Shown: positions 47,912 to 57,870, counted from the first letter of the stretch. The stretch: 64,000 nt of DNA from Candidatus Heimdallarchaeota archaeon (GCA_019057375.1 DXJF01000050.1:72895-136894), one strand, 5' to 3'. Notes: generated from the sequence alone by a model not told the origin. Translations and numbers: made by a program.

Positions 47912-50269
47912 ATGGAAGACAAGGCCATTATTCAGACATCTATAAGGAATCTAGTGGAATATGTACTCAGAAAAGGAGATATTTCATATGGATTCTTCAG
48001 TCAGTCTAGATTGGTCGAAGGGACTAAAGTACATCAAAAGATTCAAGCTTCAAGAGGGAAAGAGTACCAGAAAGAAGTTCATATTGCTGAAGATATTGTA
48101 AGAAGAAGCGCAATTATAAGTCTTAGAGGTCGCATAGATGGTGTTTTTGAGAAAGAAGGTGTGATTTTCATTGAAGAAATTAAAAGCACATCACAGAATT
48201 TTATCGGTTTATCAAAAGAATCAAATGAGAACTATTGGGCTCAAGCTAAATTCTATGCGTTTCTGTATGCTAGAAAACACAAAATGGAGGAAATTAATGT
48301 TCAACTGACATATTATCAAATCAATACCAAACAGATTAAATTATTTACAATTAAGTATACTCTTCAAGAACTCGAAAAGTTCTGTTTAAACATCATTGAT
48401 CAATATCTAGAATGGGCAGTTACTTTATCAAATTGGTTGAAAAAGAGAAGTTCGAGTATTAAGAATCTATCTTTCCCATTTCCATCCTTTCGAAAAGGTC
48501 AAGAGAAGATGATTAAAATTGTTGAAGAGGTTCTTTCAGATAAGAATAAGCTTCTATGTCAAGCTCCTACAGGAATAGGAAAAACTATTGGAGCTGTTTA
48601 TCCTTCAATAAAATTACTTAGAACTAGCTTTGACTCAAAAATCTTTTATCTAACTGCAAAAACGACTACACGATTTATAGCAGAAGAAACACTAGATATG
48701 CTTAGAAAAGTAGGGTTGAGTTTGAAATCTGTTTCAATCACAGCTAAAGCAAAAATCTGTTTTAAAGAGAAAGACATATGTGACCCAAATTACTGTGAGT
48801 ATGCTAAAGGACACTTCAACAGAGTAAATACAGCTATCAAAGATATATTTCAAGAAGAAGCTTTTACAAAGTCGATGATCGAAAAATATGCAAGGAAACA
48901 CAAAGTATGTCCCTTTGAGTTGTCTTTAGATTTAGCTCTCTGGTCTGACTGTATAATCTGTGATTATAATTATGCATTTGACCCAAGGGTTTTTCTCAAA
49001 CGTTTCTTTGCTGAAGAAAAAGGAGATTATACTTTCCTGATTGATGAAGCCCATAATTTGGTAGATAGAGCTAGAAAGATGTTCTCTGCAGAACTTCTGA
49101 AGAAACCTTTCATGAAACTAAGAAGAGCAACTAAAGAGGAAATACCTGAAATCTCCAAAATTCTGAATAAAATCAACCAATATATGATTAAAATTAGGAA
49201 AAGATGTGAGGAGAAAGAACAATTTTACATTGTTCAGAAAGAGCTACCAGAAGAGGAACTTTTCAAGATGTTAAGAAAATTCTCAAACTTAACTTCAGAT
49301 TGGTTGGAGGTGAACATTCCTACGGATTTCAGAGAGGAATTGTTAGAGTTGTTTTTTGATGTTAGAAATTTCTTGCGTGTTGCAGAAGAATATGACAGTT
49401 ATTATGTAACATACTTTAGGAAATATAGAAGCAATGTGATGATTAAATTATACTGTATAGATCCTTCAAAATTGTTGAAGAAAGCTCTCAATAGAGGAAA
49501 TACAGCAATATTCTATTCAGCCACTTTAACCCCTTTAGATTATTTTGCTTATCTTCTTGGTGGAGATAAAGGAAGCACTAAGATGCAGCTACCATCACCC
49601 TTTCCAAGGGAAAATTTAGCTCTAATGATAGAAGATCACATTTCTACTAGATATGTTGATAGAGAACAATCTTACAAAGAAGTAGCTGATCTCATTCTTA
49701 GAGTGACTAAACCTAAGATAGGGAATTATCTGATCTATTTTCCATCATATGTGTATTTAGAGAATGTTTTAGAGGAGTTCGAGGAAGTTAAAGAAGAAGC
49801 TGAAATTATTGTTCAAACTCAAGGAATGACAGAACAACAAAGAGAAGAATTTTTAGAAAAATTCTCAGATTTTGGAAAGACAACACTGATTGGATTTGCA
49901 GTGATGGGAGGAATATTTGGAGAGGGTATAGATCTCATTGGTGAAAAATTGTCTGGCGCTGTTGTTGTAGGAGTCGGATTACCTAAAGTAAGTCTAGAAC
50001 AAAATCTCATAAAAGACTATTTTGATGCAGAAAATGGTAAGGGATTTCTGTTTGCATATACTTATCCTGGAATGAATAAGGTGATGCAAGCAGCTGGTAG
50101 AGTTATTAGAACAGAAAAGGATCAAGGAGTTGTTCTTCTGATTGGGGACAGATATTCAACAAATACTTATACAAAGCTCTTTCCTGAAGCATGGCAAGAT
50201 ATTAAGCTAATAAACAATAAAAACCAGTTATCTAAAATGATAGAAAGTTTTTGGAAAGAAGAATATTAA
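47912..50269 (+). CDS. DinG/Rad3(XPD)-family Fe-S helicase with N-terminal PD-(D/E)XK nuclease
   Basis: GRIDG...EEIKST nuclease motif; Q-motif FRKGQ; APTGIGKT; Fe-S Cys (CFKEKDICDPNYC...CPFE); DEAH; QAAGRVIR. Confidence 0.92.
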   Translation: MEDKAIIQTSIRNLVEYVLRKGDISYGFFSQSRLVEGTKVHQKIQASRGKEYQKEVHIAEDIVRRSAIISLRGRIDGVFEKEGVIFIEEIKSTSQNFIGLSKESNENYWAQAKFYAFLYARKHKMEEINVQLTYYQINTKQIKLFTIKYTLQELEKFCLNIIDQYLEWAVTLSNWLKKRSSSIKNLSFPFPSFRKGQEKMIKIVEEVLSDKNKLLCQAPTGIGKTIGAVYPSIKLLRTSFDSKIFYLTAKTTTRFIAEETLDMLRKVGLSLKSVSITAKAKICFKEKDICDPNYCEYAKGHFNRVNTAIKDIFQEEAFTKSMIEKYARKHKVCPFELSLDLALWSDCIICDYNYAFDPRVFLKRFFAEEKGDYTFLIDEAHNLVDRARKMFSAELLKKPFMKLRRATKEEIPEISKILNKINQYMIKIRKRCEEKEQFYIVQKELPEEELFKMLRKFSNLTSDWLEVNIPTDFREELLELFFDVRNFLRVAEEYDSYYVTYFRKYRSNVMIKLYCIDPSKLLKKALNRGNTAIFYSATLTPLDYFAYLLGGDKGSTKMQLPSPFPRENLALMIEDHISTRYVDREQSYKEVADLILRVTKPKIGNYLIYFPSYVYLENVLEEFEEVKEEAEIIVQTQGMTEQQREEFLEKFSDFGKTTLIGFAVMGGIFGEGIDLIGEKLSGAVVVGVGLPKVSLEQNLIKDYFDAENGKGFLFAYTYPGMNKVMQAAGRVIRTEKDQGVVLLIGDRYSTNTYTKLFPEAWQDIKLINNKNQLSKMIESFWKEEY

Positions 50270-50844
50270 AGTTCTCCACGCAAGTAATGATGAATCGCTT
50301 CTGTCTGAGTACTCTTTATGATTTCGCTGACTAAAATCTGAAAAGCATCATTAACATTGTCTCCAAACTTTGCAGATGTTTCAATGTATGGGATGTTATA
50401 TCCACTCCAATTTGAGAGGGATTTTGCGTATTTTTCTCCATATTCAGCAGGAATGGTATTATATAATGAACCACGTAAATCGTTTTTATTCCCAATTAAA
50501 ACTAATGGAACTTTCCTATTTTGATTATTCTTAAGTAATTCTCGAACCCAATCTGAAAGGTGTTCATAAGAATCAGGACGAGTTAAATCAAAGACTAGAA
50601 GAGCACCTTTAACTCCTTTGTAAAATCCTTCACGGACAGCTGAAAATCGAGGTTGACCAGCAAGATCCCAGATAATTAATGTAACTTCGTAGTCATTAAC
50701 ATTCAATGTTTTGGTAGCGAAATCAGCACCTAAAGTCATTTGATAATCGCGATCGAATCCTTCCCCTATATAATTTTTCCGCAAACTTGTCTTTCCGACC
50801 GCGCCTTCACCAAGTAGCGCTATTTTAAATTTTTTTGTTTCCAG
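50266..50844 (-). CDS. Rab-like small GTPase
   Basis: G1 GEGAVGKTS (upstream of the ORF-track start), G2 YQMTLG, G3 WDLAGQ, G4 GNKND, G5 ETSAK; probable start CTG at 50844. Confidence 0.92.
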   Translation of the reverse strand: METKKFKIALLGEGAVGKTSLRKNYIGEGFDRDYQMTLGADFATKTLNVNDYEVTLIIWDLAGQPRFSAVREGFYKGVKGALLVFDLTRPDSYEHLSDWVRELLKNNQNRKVPLVLIGNKNDLRGSLYNTIPAEYGEKYAKSLSNWSGYNIPYIETSAKFGDNVNDAFQILVSEIIKSTQTEAIHHYLRGEL

Positions 50845-51141
50845 TTAAGACACCATGTTTTTTACTCTAATTACTACTAGTAATTCTAATATATTATATG
50901 CCTTTTGGTTGGTTTAAAATATAATCTGTGTATATTTAGGAGATTTTAGATGATTTCCCGACAAAAAGAGTATGTAAGTATGTTTCCTCTCATAAGTCTG
51001 CTTTCATTCGTGTGTGATTTTGTCTTCCACTTTGCATTACATATTGTTGTAGAAGGCATTTTTACCTTCATTTATTTTTCAATACAGGAAATTCTACAAT
51101 AGTTTCATTTCTCAAAAAAAAAGAAAGGAAAGTTTTCCTTT

Positions 51142-52053
51142 TTATTTTTTTACTGGGAAGTATAAAATGAATGGGATTTTATTTCCATCACTTATTTTAG
51201 GGTTAGTATTTTCTTCTAAACATTGATGTGGTGCAAATTTGTATTCTTTACTTTCCTTAACCCAGTCACTTAATTCTTTCCAAGCTCTTCCCAAATCATG
51301 TACTCCAACACAACTCTTAGTTACGAATAAGCCTTCAGGAATTGTTTTAACTGTCAAATTATCATCAACTTCAAAATCATCATCTATGGTCATCCAAAAT
51401 TCATAACCATATGGATTTTCTTTGTTTACGATAAACGATCCACTTTCTTTATCATATTTTGGATCTGGATTATTGAAACCGAATACTCTATGTTTTTCTG
51501 GTTCATCATATAGTCCGTGTGGTTCAGCCCATGCATACAATTTTCCCCCTGCTTTTGGTTCAGGGTCACCTAAAAATTCTCCCATAGCGTGAAAGGATAC
51601 AACTTTCATTTCCGGTAAATTTACTATTTTGAAATCATTTTCTTTAACCATTTTTGTTTCACTACCTAATACTGTGTATTTATTGATTAACGCTTCATAG
51701 CGTAATCTAAGGGTTTCAAGCTTTTCCTGTTCTCGAATTTTTATCTCAAGAAAAGTTTTAGCTGAACTTGTAAGAATATCTTCACCATCAAAAGAAATCT
51801 GATAAAATCCTCTTTCTCTCTTTTCAACTAAGCCACAATCAACTAAAGTTGTAAGGTGGTTAGCTAGTGAAGTCTTAGCTATTCTCAGTTTTTCTTGTAG
51901 ATCACTAAATTCCATAGGTTCAGTTAGCAATCTAGCGAGTATTTCTAGTCTTGTAGGATGATCTAATGCTTTATGGAGATTAGTTATTTCCTCTAAAGAT
52001 TCGAGAATAAACAACTGAATTGATTCTTTGTTATGAAAAGGCATGTTACCCAT
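51142..52053 (-). CDS. ArsR-type HTH fused to a GyrI-like effector-binding domain
   Basis: ALDHPTRLEIL...LANHLTTLVDCGLV, then FKIVNLPEMKVVSF, FGFNNP, YGYEFW. Confidence 0.85.
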   Translation of the reverse strand: MGNMPFHNKESIQLFILESLEEITNLHKALDHPTRLEILARLLTEPMEFSDLQEKLRIAKTSLANHLTTLVDCGLVEKRERGFYQISFDGEDILTSSAKTFLEIKIREQEKLETLRLRYEALINKYTVLGSETKMVKENDFKIVNLPEMKVVSFHAMGEFLGDPEPKAGGKLYAWAEPHGLYDEPEKHRVFGFNNPDPKYDKESGSFIVNKENPYGYEFWMTIDDDFEVDDNLTVKTIPEGLFVTKSCVGVHDLGRAWKELSDWVKESKEYKFAPHQCLEENTNPKISDGNKIPFILYFPVKK

Positions 52054-52200
52054 TCTATACCATCTCTTGTGTATTCATAAGCTTGGGTTAGTGAATTAAT
52101 GAATACTAGAATAGATGAACATATGAATAAATACATTTTGCACAAATTTTCCATCAACTGAAAAACTAATAAAGCCTTTTTCTTTCTGAGACTTGATACT

Positions 52201-53673
52201 ATGTCAAAAGAAAAGATGAAAGGTATTTCGGTTAAGAAAAGTGAGGACTTTTCTAGATGGTACACAGAACTAATACAAAAGGCAGAACTAGCAGATATAC
52301 GCTATAACATTAAAGGTCTTGTTCCTTATCGAGCTTGGGCTTCTGTCTCTATAAAACGAATGTATGAAAAATACGAAAAATGTCTCGAAAAGAAGGGGCA
52401 TCTGCCATTAATAATGCCTACCTTAATACCGGAAAGAAACTTCTTACTGGAAGCAGATCACGTTGAAGGCTTTTCACCCCAAGTTTTCTGGGTTACACAC
52501 GGTGGAGAGAAGAAACTAGAAGAAAAACTGGCTTTAAGACCAACTAGTGAAACTGCTCTTTATCAAATGTATTCGCTATGGATAAGAAGTTACAATGACT
52601 TGCCTTTCAAGAGATATGTCTCTGGACAAGTTTTCAGATTCGAAGGTGGAGACACCAGAGCTTTCTTCCGAGCCAGAGAGTTTCATTGGATTGAATCTCA
52701 TGATGTTTTTGCAACAGAAGAAGAAGCTAGACAACAAGTCATTGAAGACATGGAAACAACATATGAAATGCTTCAAGATGAATTTGCTATTCCAATCATC
52801 TTTTTCCAAAGACCAGAATGGGATAAGTTTGCTGGAGCGGTTCACACATATGCAGCCGATGCTTTAATGGATTCAGGAAGAGTATTACAATTACCTTCAA
52901 CACATCTGTTAGGACAAAATTTCTCTAAACCATTTAATGTTACATTTATGGATGAAAACAATGAAGAGAAGTATGGTTACATCACTTGTTATGGTCCAGC
53001 AATAAGCAGAATCTATGGAGCAATGATCTCATTACTCGGAGACGATCAAGGTTTAGTACTTCCATGGGATTTAGCGCCTATTCAGATTGTGATTATCCCA
53101 ATCTACAGAGCTGATACAAAGGAAATGGTTTTAGAAAAAGCAAGGGAATTAACACACCTCATCCAAGATTTAATTGACAATGTATACATTAAACTTGATG
53201 ACAGAGACTACGTAAGTCCTGGCGAGAAATTCAATGAATGGGAACTCAAAGGGGTACCTCTGAGGATTGAAATTGGACCTAAAGATATCGAGAATAATCA
53301 GATTGTTGCCGTAAATAGGATATCTGGTGAAAAACTAAAAGTAAAACAAGATGAACTGAATAGTTTTATAGAAAATTATTCAAACAATTTCACCAAACAG
53401 CTGAAGGAGAAATATTCTATTCAGTTTGAATCACAAGTGGAAATAGCAAATACAGTCGAGGAAGTTAAGAAAGCAATTGGTGAAAATAAGATTGCTTGTA
53501 CTGGTTTCTGTTCAATTGATCTTGATGGAGAACCATGCGCTGAAATTATTGAAAAAGAAGTCAAGGCTCAAGTAAGAGGTAAGAGAGTTGATGCTGAAAC
53601 TCACAAATTCGAAAAATGTGTAGTTTGTGGTGGTCCAGCTCATGAAACAGTTTATGTAGCAAAAAGCTACTAA
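52201..53673 (+). CDS. proS: Proline--tRNA ligase, archaeal/eukaryotic type
   Basis: DFSRWY, LRPTSET, FRFE...FFRAREFHWIESH, WELKGVPLRIEIGPKD, C-terminal Zn Cys and YVAKSY. Confidence 0.96.
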   Translation: MSKEKMKGISVKKSEDFSRWYTELIQKAELADIRYNIKGLVPYRAWASVSIKRMYEKYEKCLEKKGHLPLIMPTLIPERNFLLEADHVEGFSPQVFWVTHGGEKKLEEKLALRPTSETALYQMYSLWIRSYNDLPFKRYVSGQVFRFEGGDTRAFFRAREFHWIESHDVFATEEEARQQVIEDMETTYEMLQDEFAIPIIFFQRPEWDKFAGAVHTYAADALMDSGRVLQLPSTHLLGQNFSKPFNVTFMDENNEEKYGYITCYGPAISRIYGAMISLLGDDQGLVLPWDLAPIQIVIIPIYRADTKEMVLEKARELTHLIQDLIDNVYIKLDDRDYVSPGEKFNEWELKGVPLRIEIGPKDIENNQIVAVNRISGEKLKVKQDELNSFIENYSNNFTKQLKEKYSIQFESQVEIANTVEEVKKAIGENKIACTGFCSIDLDGEPCAEIIEKEVKAQVRGKRVDAETHKFEKCVVCGGPAHETVYVAKSY

Positions 53674-53674
53674 C

Positions 53675-53697
53675 TTTCTTTTTATTTTTCTTTTATT
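53675..53697 (+). terminator. Oligo-T terminator after proS
   Basis: T-rich tract directly after the stop codon. Confidence 0.5.
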
Positions 53698-53734
53698 CAA
53701 AAAAAGTCATATATTCATAAGAAATTTCTATACA

Positions 53735-54973
53735 GTGAATATATTGCTTGCGAACCAAGTTAGAGCTCTTTTATCTAAGAACACAATTCAAAAACAGATA
53801 TCTAGAAGGGGCTTAATACACGAAATCACATATACTGCCCCAAGTCCAGGAACTTACGATCAACAGTGGTTTTGGGATTCGTGTCTTCATAGTTTAGTTT
53901 GGTCAGAATTAGGAGAGCAATCTAGAGCTATTCAAGAAATTACTAGTTTAATACTTGGGATGGATGAAAAACAATTCATTCCACACATGATCTTTTGGAA
54001 AAAAATTAAGAATATTTACTGGTGGATTTTTGATAAACTATATCCAACTGATCTTTACTCTGAGTTAATTCAACCACCTTTAATTGGATATACAGTTCAG
54101 AAGCTAACAGAAAAAGGTACTGAATTTGAGATAGAAATTATTGAGAGTATTCTTTCCCATTATAACTACTTAGCTAAATTGAGAGACCCAGAAAAGATGA
54201 ATTTAATTTCAATCATTCATCCTTGGGAAAGCGGTTTAGATTCATCCCCTAAATTCGATTTAGAATTAGCTAATAAGCGATTAATGCGATTTCATCAATG
54301 GAAACGTATGAGGGCACTCCTGAAAGAATCTGCAAAAAATGAGTGGAATCAAGAAATTATTGCAAAAAAATCTTCTTTTAGAGTGAAATGTGTTTTAACA
54401 AACACATTATATGCGTTGGGAATGGAAGCATTTAGCGAGGTTCTAACCAAATACAACCTGAAAGATGCTGCTAAAGAATTAAAGGAAAAATCACAAGCTG
54501 TTTTGGACAGTTTGATACAGAATTCTTGGAATGAAAAAGAGGAACTTTTTTTTGATATAAATTTGAATGCAAGTGAAAATAATCAAATCCATATAAATAC
54601 AATTACAGCCCTACTACCTCTAATGTTGGATATTCCCAAGGGTATCAAAGATAGTTTAATAACTCATTTAACCAATAGAACAGAATATTGGTCTGCTTAT
54701 CCAGTACCAACTGTTTCTATGAACGAGCGTTCCTTTAATCCTAACAACAGCCAGTTACTATGGAGAGGACCTACTTGGGTTAACACTAACTTCTTCATCT
54801 GGAAAGGATTGAAAAAGCACAATGAAAATTTATTAGCTAATGAACTTGCTCAGAAAACAAGAGAATTGGTAGAAAAATCAGGATTTAGAGAATTTTATAA
54901 TCCAATAACAGGAGCAGGTGGAGGAGCTAATAATTTTGGATGGTCGACACTCATTCTTTTAATGAGTAAATGA
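53735..54973 (+). CDS. (alpha/alpha)6 glycoside hydrolase, GH63/MGH1-like
   Basis: QWFWDS, HPWESGLDSSP, WRGPTWVNTN, FREFYNP, FGWS. Confidence 0.85.
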   Translation: MNILLANQVRALLSKNTIQKQISRRGLIHEITYTAPSPGTYDQQWFWDSCLHSLVWSELGEQSRAIQEITSLILGMDEKQFIPHMIFWKKIKNIYWWIFDKLYPTDLYSELIQPPLIGYTVQKLTEKGTEFEIEIIESILSHYNYLAKLRDPEKMNLISIIHPWESGLDSSPKFDLELANKRLMRFHQWKRMRALLKESAKNEWNQEIIAKKSSFRVKCVLTNTLYALGMEAFSEVLTKYNLKDAAKELKEKSQAVLDSLIQNSWNEKEELFFDINLNASENNQIHINTITALLPLMLDIPKGIKDSLITHLTNRTEYWSAYPVPTVSMNERSFNPNNSQLLWRGPTWVNTNFFIWKGLKKHNENLLANELAQKTRELVEKSGFREFYNPITGAGGGANNFGWSTLILLMSK

Positions 54974-54988
54974 GGGGATTTTAAGAAA

Positions 54989-55708
54989 TCAGAGACTTCC
55001 TGTTAACCAAATAACAAATCCAAGAATAATCAGTAATTGACCAGAAATATAGGTAAACATAGTAACAAATCTCGCATATCTAAATTCTTTAACAAATCGT
55101 CCTATTCCATTAAATAGATCAGAAACTGCAAACATCCAAACTCCGAGATACAAAATTATGGCACCTAATTGATAATTGGTCCATCCTTCAGGTAGAAACA
55201 GAAATGTTGAACTGATACACATTAAACTAATAACAAATATATATGCTGTAACAGCTTTAGTCATCTTTCCTGTATTTTTAGTTATGTAAGGATGTACAAT
55301 TGAAGCTGCACCAATAAATGGTAAAGCTAAGAACATGCTCCACCATTGCCAGAAAATAAATCCTCTAGCATTGATAATAAAAGCCACTATATATGAAATA
55401 TGCCCTAGCAAAAAGGCACTAAGACCAAGTTTCAACCCGAGACGTTTCTTTTCAGGATCAGGTATCATTAAGATAACATCCCCTAGAAATCCAAAGACTA
55501 AAGCTATTACAATCCAAATTTCATACATTGAAAAATTCAAAAGAGATGAAACAAGAAACGCTAATAAAAGTGGCATCAATAATGGCTTTGTTATAAATCT
55601 AGCTAGAACAAATTTATCTTTTCCAAAATCAACTAAAAATTCTCCTAGTAAGTGTATAAATGAGACAAAAGCAAATATGATAAGCAGAATAAGACTAGCT
55701 ATTTCCAT
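54989..55708 (-). CDS. Lysoplasmalogenase, YhhN/TMEM86 family
   Basis: KPLLMPLL, FGFLGDVIL, FLLGHISY, FAVSD, TYISGQ. Confidence 0.85.
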   Translation of the reverse strand: MEIASLILLIIFAFVSFIHLLGEFLVDFGKDKFVLARFITKPLLMPLLLAFLVSSLLNFSMYEIWIVIALVFGFLGDVILMIPDPEKKRLGLKLGLSAFLLGHISYIVAFIINARGFIFWQWWSMFLALPFIGAASIVHPYITKNTGKMTKAVTAYIFVISLMCISSTFLFLPEGWTNYQLGAIILYLGVWMFAVSDLFNGIGRFVKEFRYARFVTMFTYISGQLLIILGFVIWLTGSL

Positions 55709-55759
55709 TTAATCTCAAAACAAAGAAAAATGAATAATTTAAAAAACTATGCTCATCTT

Positions 55760-56464
55760 TCAAACATCCTTTGGAAGATGAATAGCTATTTTACAAACTT
55801 CTCCACCATGTATTACAGATTCAAGAACTTCTACCTTAACTTCTTTCTGGAGAATATCTTCCCAAATTCCTTTATAAAATCCTGCACCACAATAGCAGTA
55901 GTGTTCAGGAAGAACATTGTTCTCTTTATCTAGGACATCGCGTATTCTTGGACAGTGACAAAAGATTGAACGCTTTTTTATAGGGTCAGATTCTTCAAAC
56001 CATTCCTTGATATATGCACTTTTGGGGATCTTGGTAGCAATAATTTTGTTACCTTGCAATTTACCTGCTGCTCCCATTCCTCTACTAAGAAGCTCTTCTT
56101 TATACTTATCTTCGATTTTCAGATTTGATTCCAAAAAACCTTCAAATTCTTTCTGAAACTCTTGATGAACAAGTTTCAAGTCCTTAGTTTCAGCATATAA
56201 TTTCTGAAATTTTTCTAATGATTTTGTTGAATAACGACATGCACAACCTGTCATTATATCGATTTTTTCTTCATCATCAATAAGTTCAGAGAGTCTACTC
56301 ATAGCTCCGTTAGACCAATCAAAAACTTCTTGTCTGGTTGACTGGTTAGAGATTTCTTCGCTCCCTTTCATCACTGAAGTTCTAATTTCACTCCCAGCTA
56401 TTTCTTCGATGCAGCGGGAGAATTTGTTAAGCCAGTACTTATCAAAATCAAATTCCTCTGACAT
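55760..56464 (-). CDS. Cys-rich hypothetical protein (DUF6144-like, V4R-like C-terminus)
   Basis: GCACRY, FCHCP, YCYCGAGFY, ESVIHGGEVC. Confidence 0.65.
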   Translation of the reverse strand: MSEEFDFDKYWLNKFSRCIEEIAGSEIRTSVMKGSEEISNQSTRQEVFDWSNGAMSRLSELIDDEEKIDIMTGCACRYSTKSLEKFQKLYAETKDLKLVHQEFQKEFEGFLESNLKIEDKYKEELLSRGMGAAGKLQGNKIIATKIPKSAYIKEWFEESDPIKKRSIFCHCPRIRDVLDKENNVLPEHYCYCGAGFYKGIWEDILQKEVKVEVLESVIHGGEVCKIAIHLPKDV

Positions 56465-56556
56465 TATTATCGAATTTCTGAATGTAAAAGAAGCTTATAA
56501 TCTTATCTCTTCCATTTTGGAAAAAACCTTATTAACTCTCACTCAACCTCAGATTC

Positions 56557-57036
56557 ATGCTCTCTTTAATTCAGCTATATTCTATACTTGAAGAGGAAAG
56601 ATCACGTATTTTAGAAAGATTCACTAAGGTAGCTAAGAAACATTTCAACTTTAAAGAAACTAGAGGAACATGGAGTTCTGAATTGATTTTCAGACACATT
56701 TTAATGAGTAATTATTGGTTACTTCGTAATCTTCCGGGTGGAGAAGAATTAACACCTCCAGCAATAGCTCTTAATCCTGGTCAAGATCCAAGTAATGACG
56801 TCAGCATTGATCATCTTCGCGATGCTTTCCTTCTTGTTTCTGACATTATCAAACAGAGACTTTCATATTTGCAAACTGAAGAAGAGGAAGAAATAATAGA
56901 GACATTCAGAGGAAAAAAACCTCGTCAAACAGTTATCCTGGGTTTTATTTATCATGAGCTTAGGCACTTAGGTCAGATAACCTGGTTATTCAAACGATCC
57001 ACTGGATGGACAGATAAAGAAATCTATTCAAACTAA
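56557..57036 (+). CDS. DinB-like protein
   Basis: WSSELIFRH, HELRHLGQI. Confidence 0.75.
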   Translation: MLSLIQLYSILEEERSRILERFTKVAKKHFNFKETRGTWSSELIFRHILMSNYWLLRNLPGGEELTPPAIALNPGQDPSNDVSIDHLRDAFLLVSDIIKQRLSYLQTEEEEEIIETFRGKKPRQTVILGFIYHELRHLGQITWLFKRSTGWTDKEIYSN

Positions 57037-57102
57037 AATCAAATCCAGTAAGATAAATCTTTGTAGACAACACTTTTTTGTGCAAAAACGCATGATAAAG
57101 TT

Positions 57103-57870
57103 ATGAATGAAATTTCTGTGTGTTTAACATTTGATGTAGATGCTGAAAGTGCTCAAATCAGAAAAGGAGAAGATCCTGTCAAAATCTCAAAAGGACAATT
57201 TGCAATACAGAGAGGAGTTCCAAGGATTTTAGATTTGCTAAAAAAATATAACATTCAATCTACTTTCTTTGTTTGCGGATGGGTAGCTGAAAAATACCCA
57301 GAAACCATTCAAAACATTATTTCTGATGGTCATGAGATTGCAGCTCATGGATATTTACATGAGGAATTGGACACACTTGAGTTTAATGAGGAAACTATAG
57401 TTCATGAACACACTAATCAGATTCTTGAGGATTTAACTGGAAAAATTAAAGGATTCAGAGCTCCCTACTGGAAATTATCAAAGTATACTCTTGCAATTAT
57501 CTCAGAAATGGGATATGTCTTTGATTCTTCCTTAATGGATGAAGATAGACCTTATATCTACTCCGTACCTGAATCACCTAGAAATTTAGTTGAATTTCCT
57601 GTCGAATGGTATCTTGATGATTGGATTCTTTTTGAGCAGCTTCAACAACCACCCACAGCTGTTTTTGAAACATGGAAATCGCAATTTGATGCAATACAGG
57701 AAATTAAGGATATGGAAGATAGTCGTAGAGTATACACTCTTACGTGTCATCCAGCATGTATAGGTCATGCTTACAGGATCCAAATGCTTGATCGATTAAT
57801 TCGATATATGAAATCTAAACAAGCAACATTCTCAAAAATACATCCTATTGCTGCTGAATATCTGCTCTAA
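57103..57870 (+). CDS. Polysaccharide deacetylase family protein (PuuE-like)
   Basis: LTFDVD, STFFV, GHEIAAHGYLH, GFRAP, FDSS, TLTCHP. Confidence 0.88.
   Translation: MNEISVCLTFDVDAESAQIRKGEDPVKISKGQFAIQRGVPRILDLLKKYNIQSTFFVCGWVAEKYPETIQNIISDGHEIAAHGYLHEELDTLEFNEETIVHEHTNQILEDLTGKIKGFRAPYWKLSKYTLAIISEMGYVFDSSLMDEDRPYIYSVPESPRNLVEFPVEWYLDDWILFEQLQQPPTAVFETWKSQFDAIQEIKDMEDSRRVYTLTCHPACIGHAYRIQMLDRLIRYMKSKQATFSKIHPIAAEYLL

Noticed and set aside
47912-48420. CRISPR-Cas assignment based on the Cas4-like nuclease domain
   Set aside because: No repeat-spacer array or other cas genes; the domain is part of a DinG fusion
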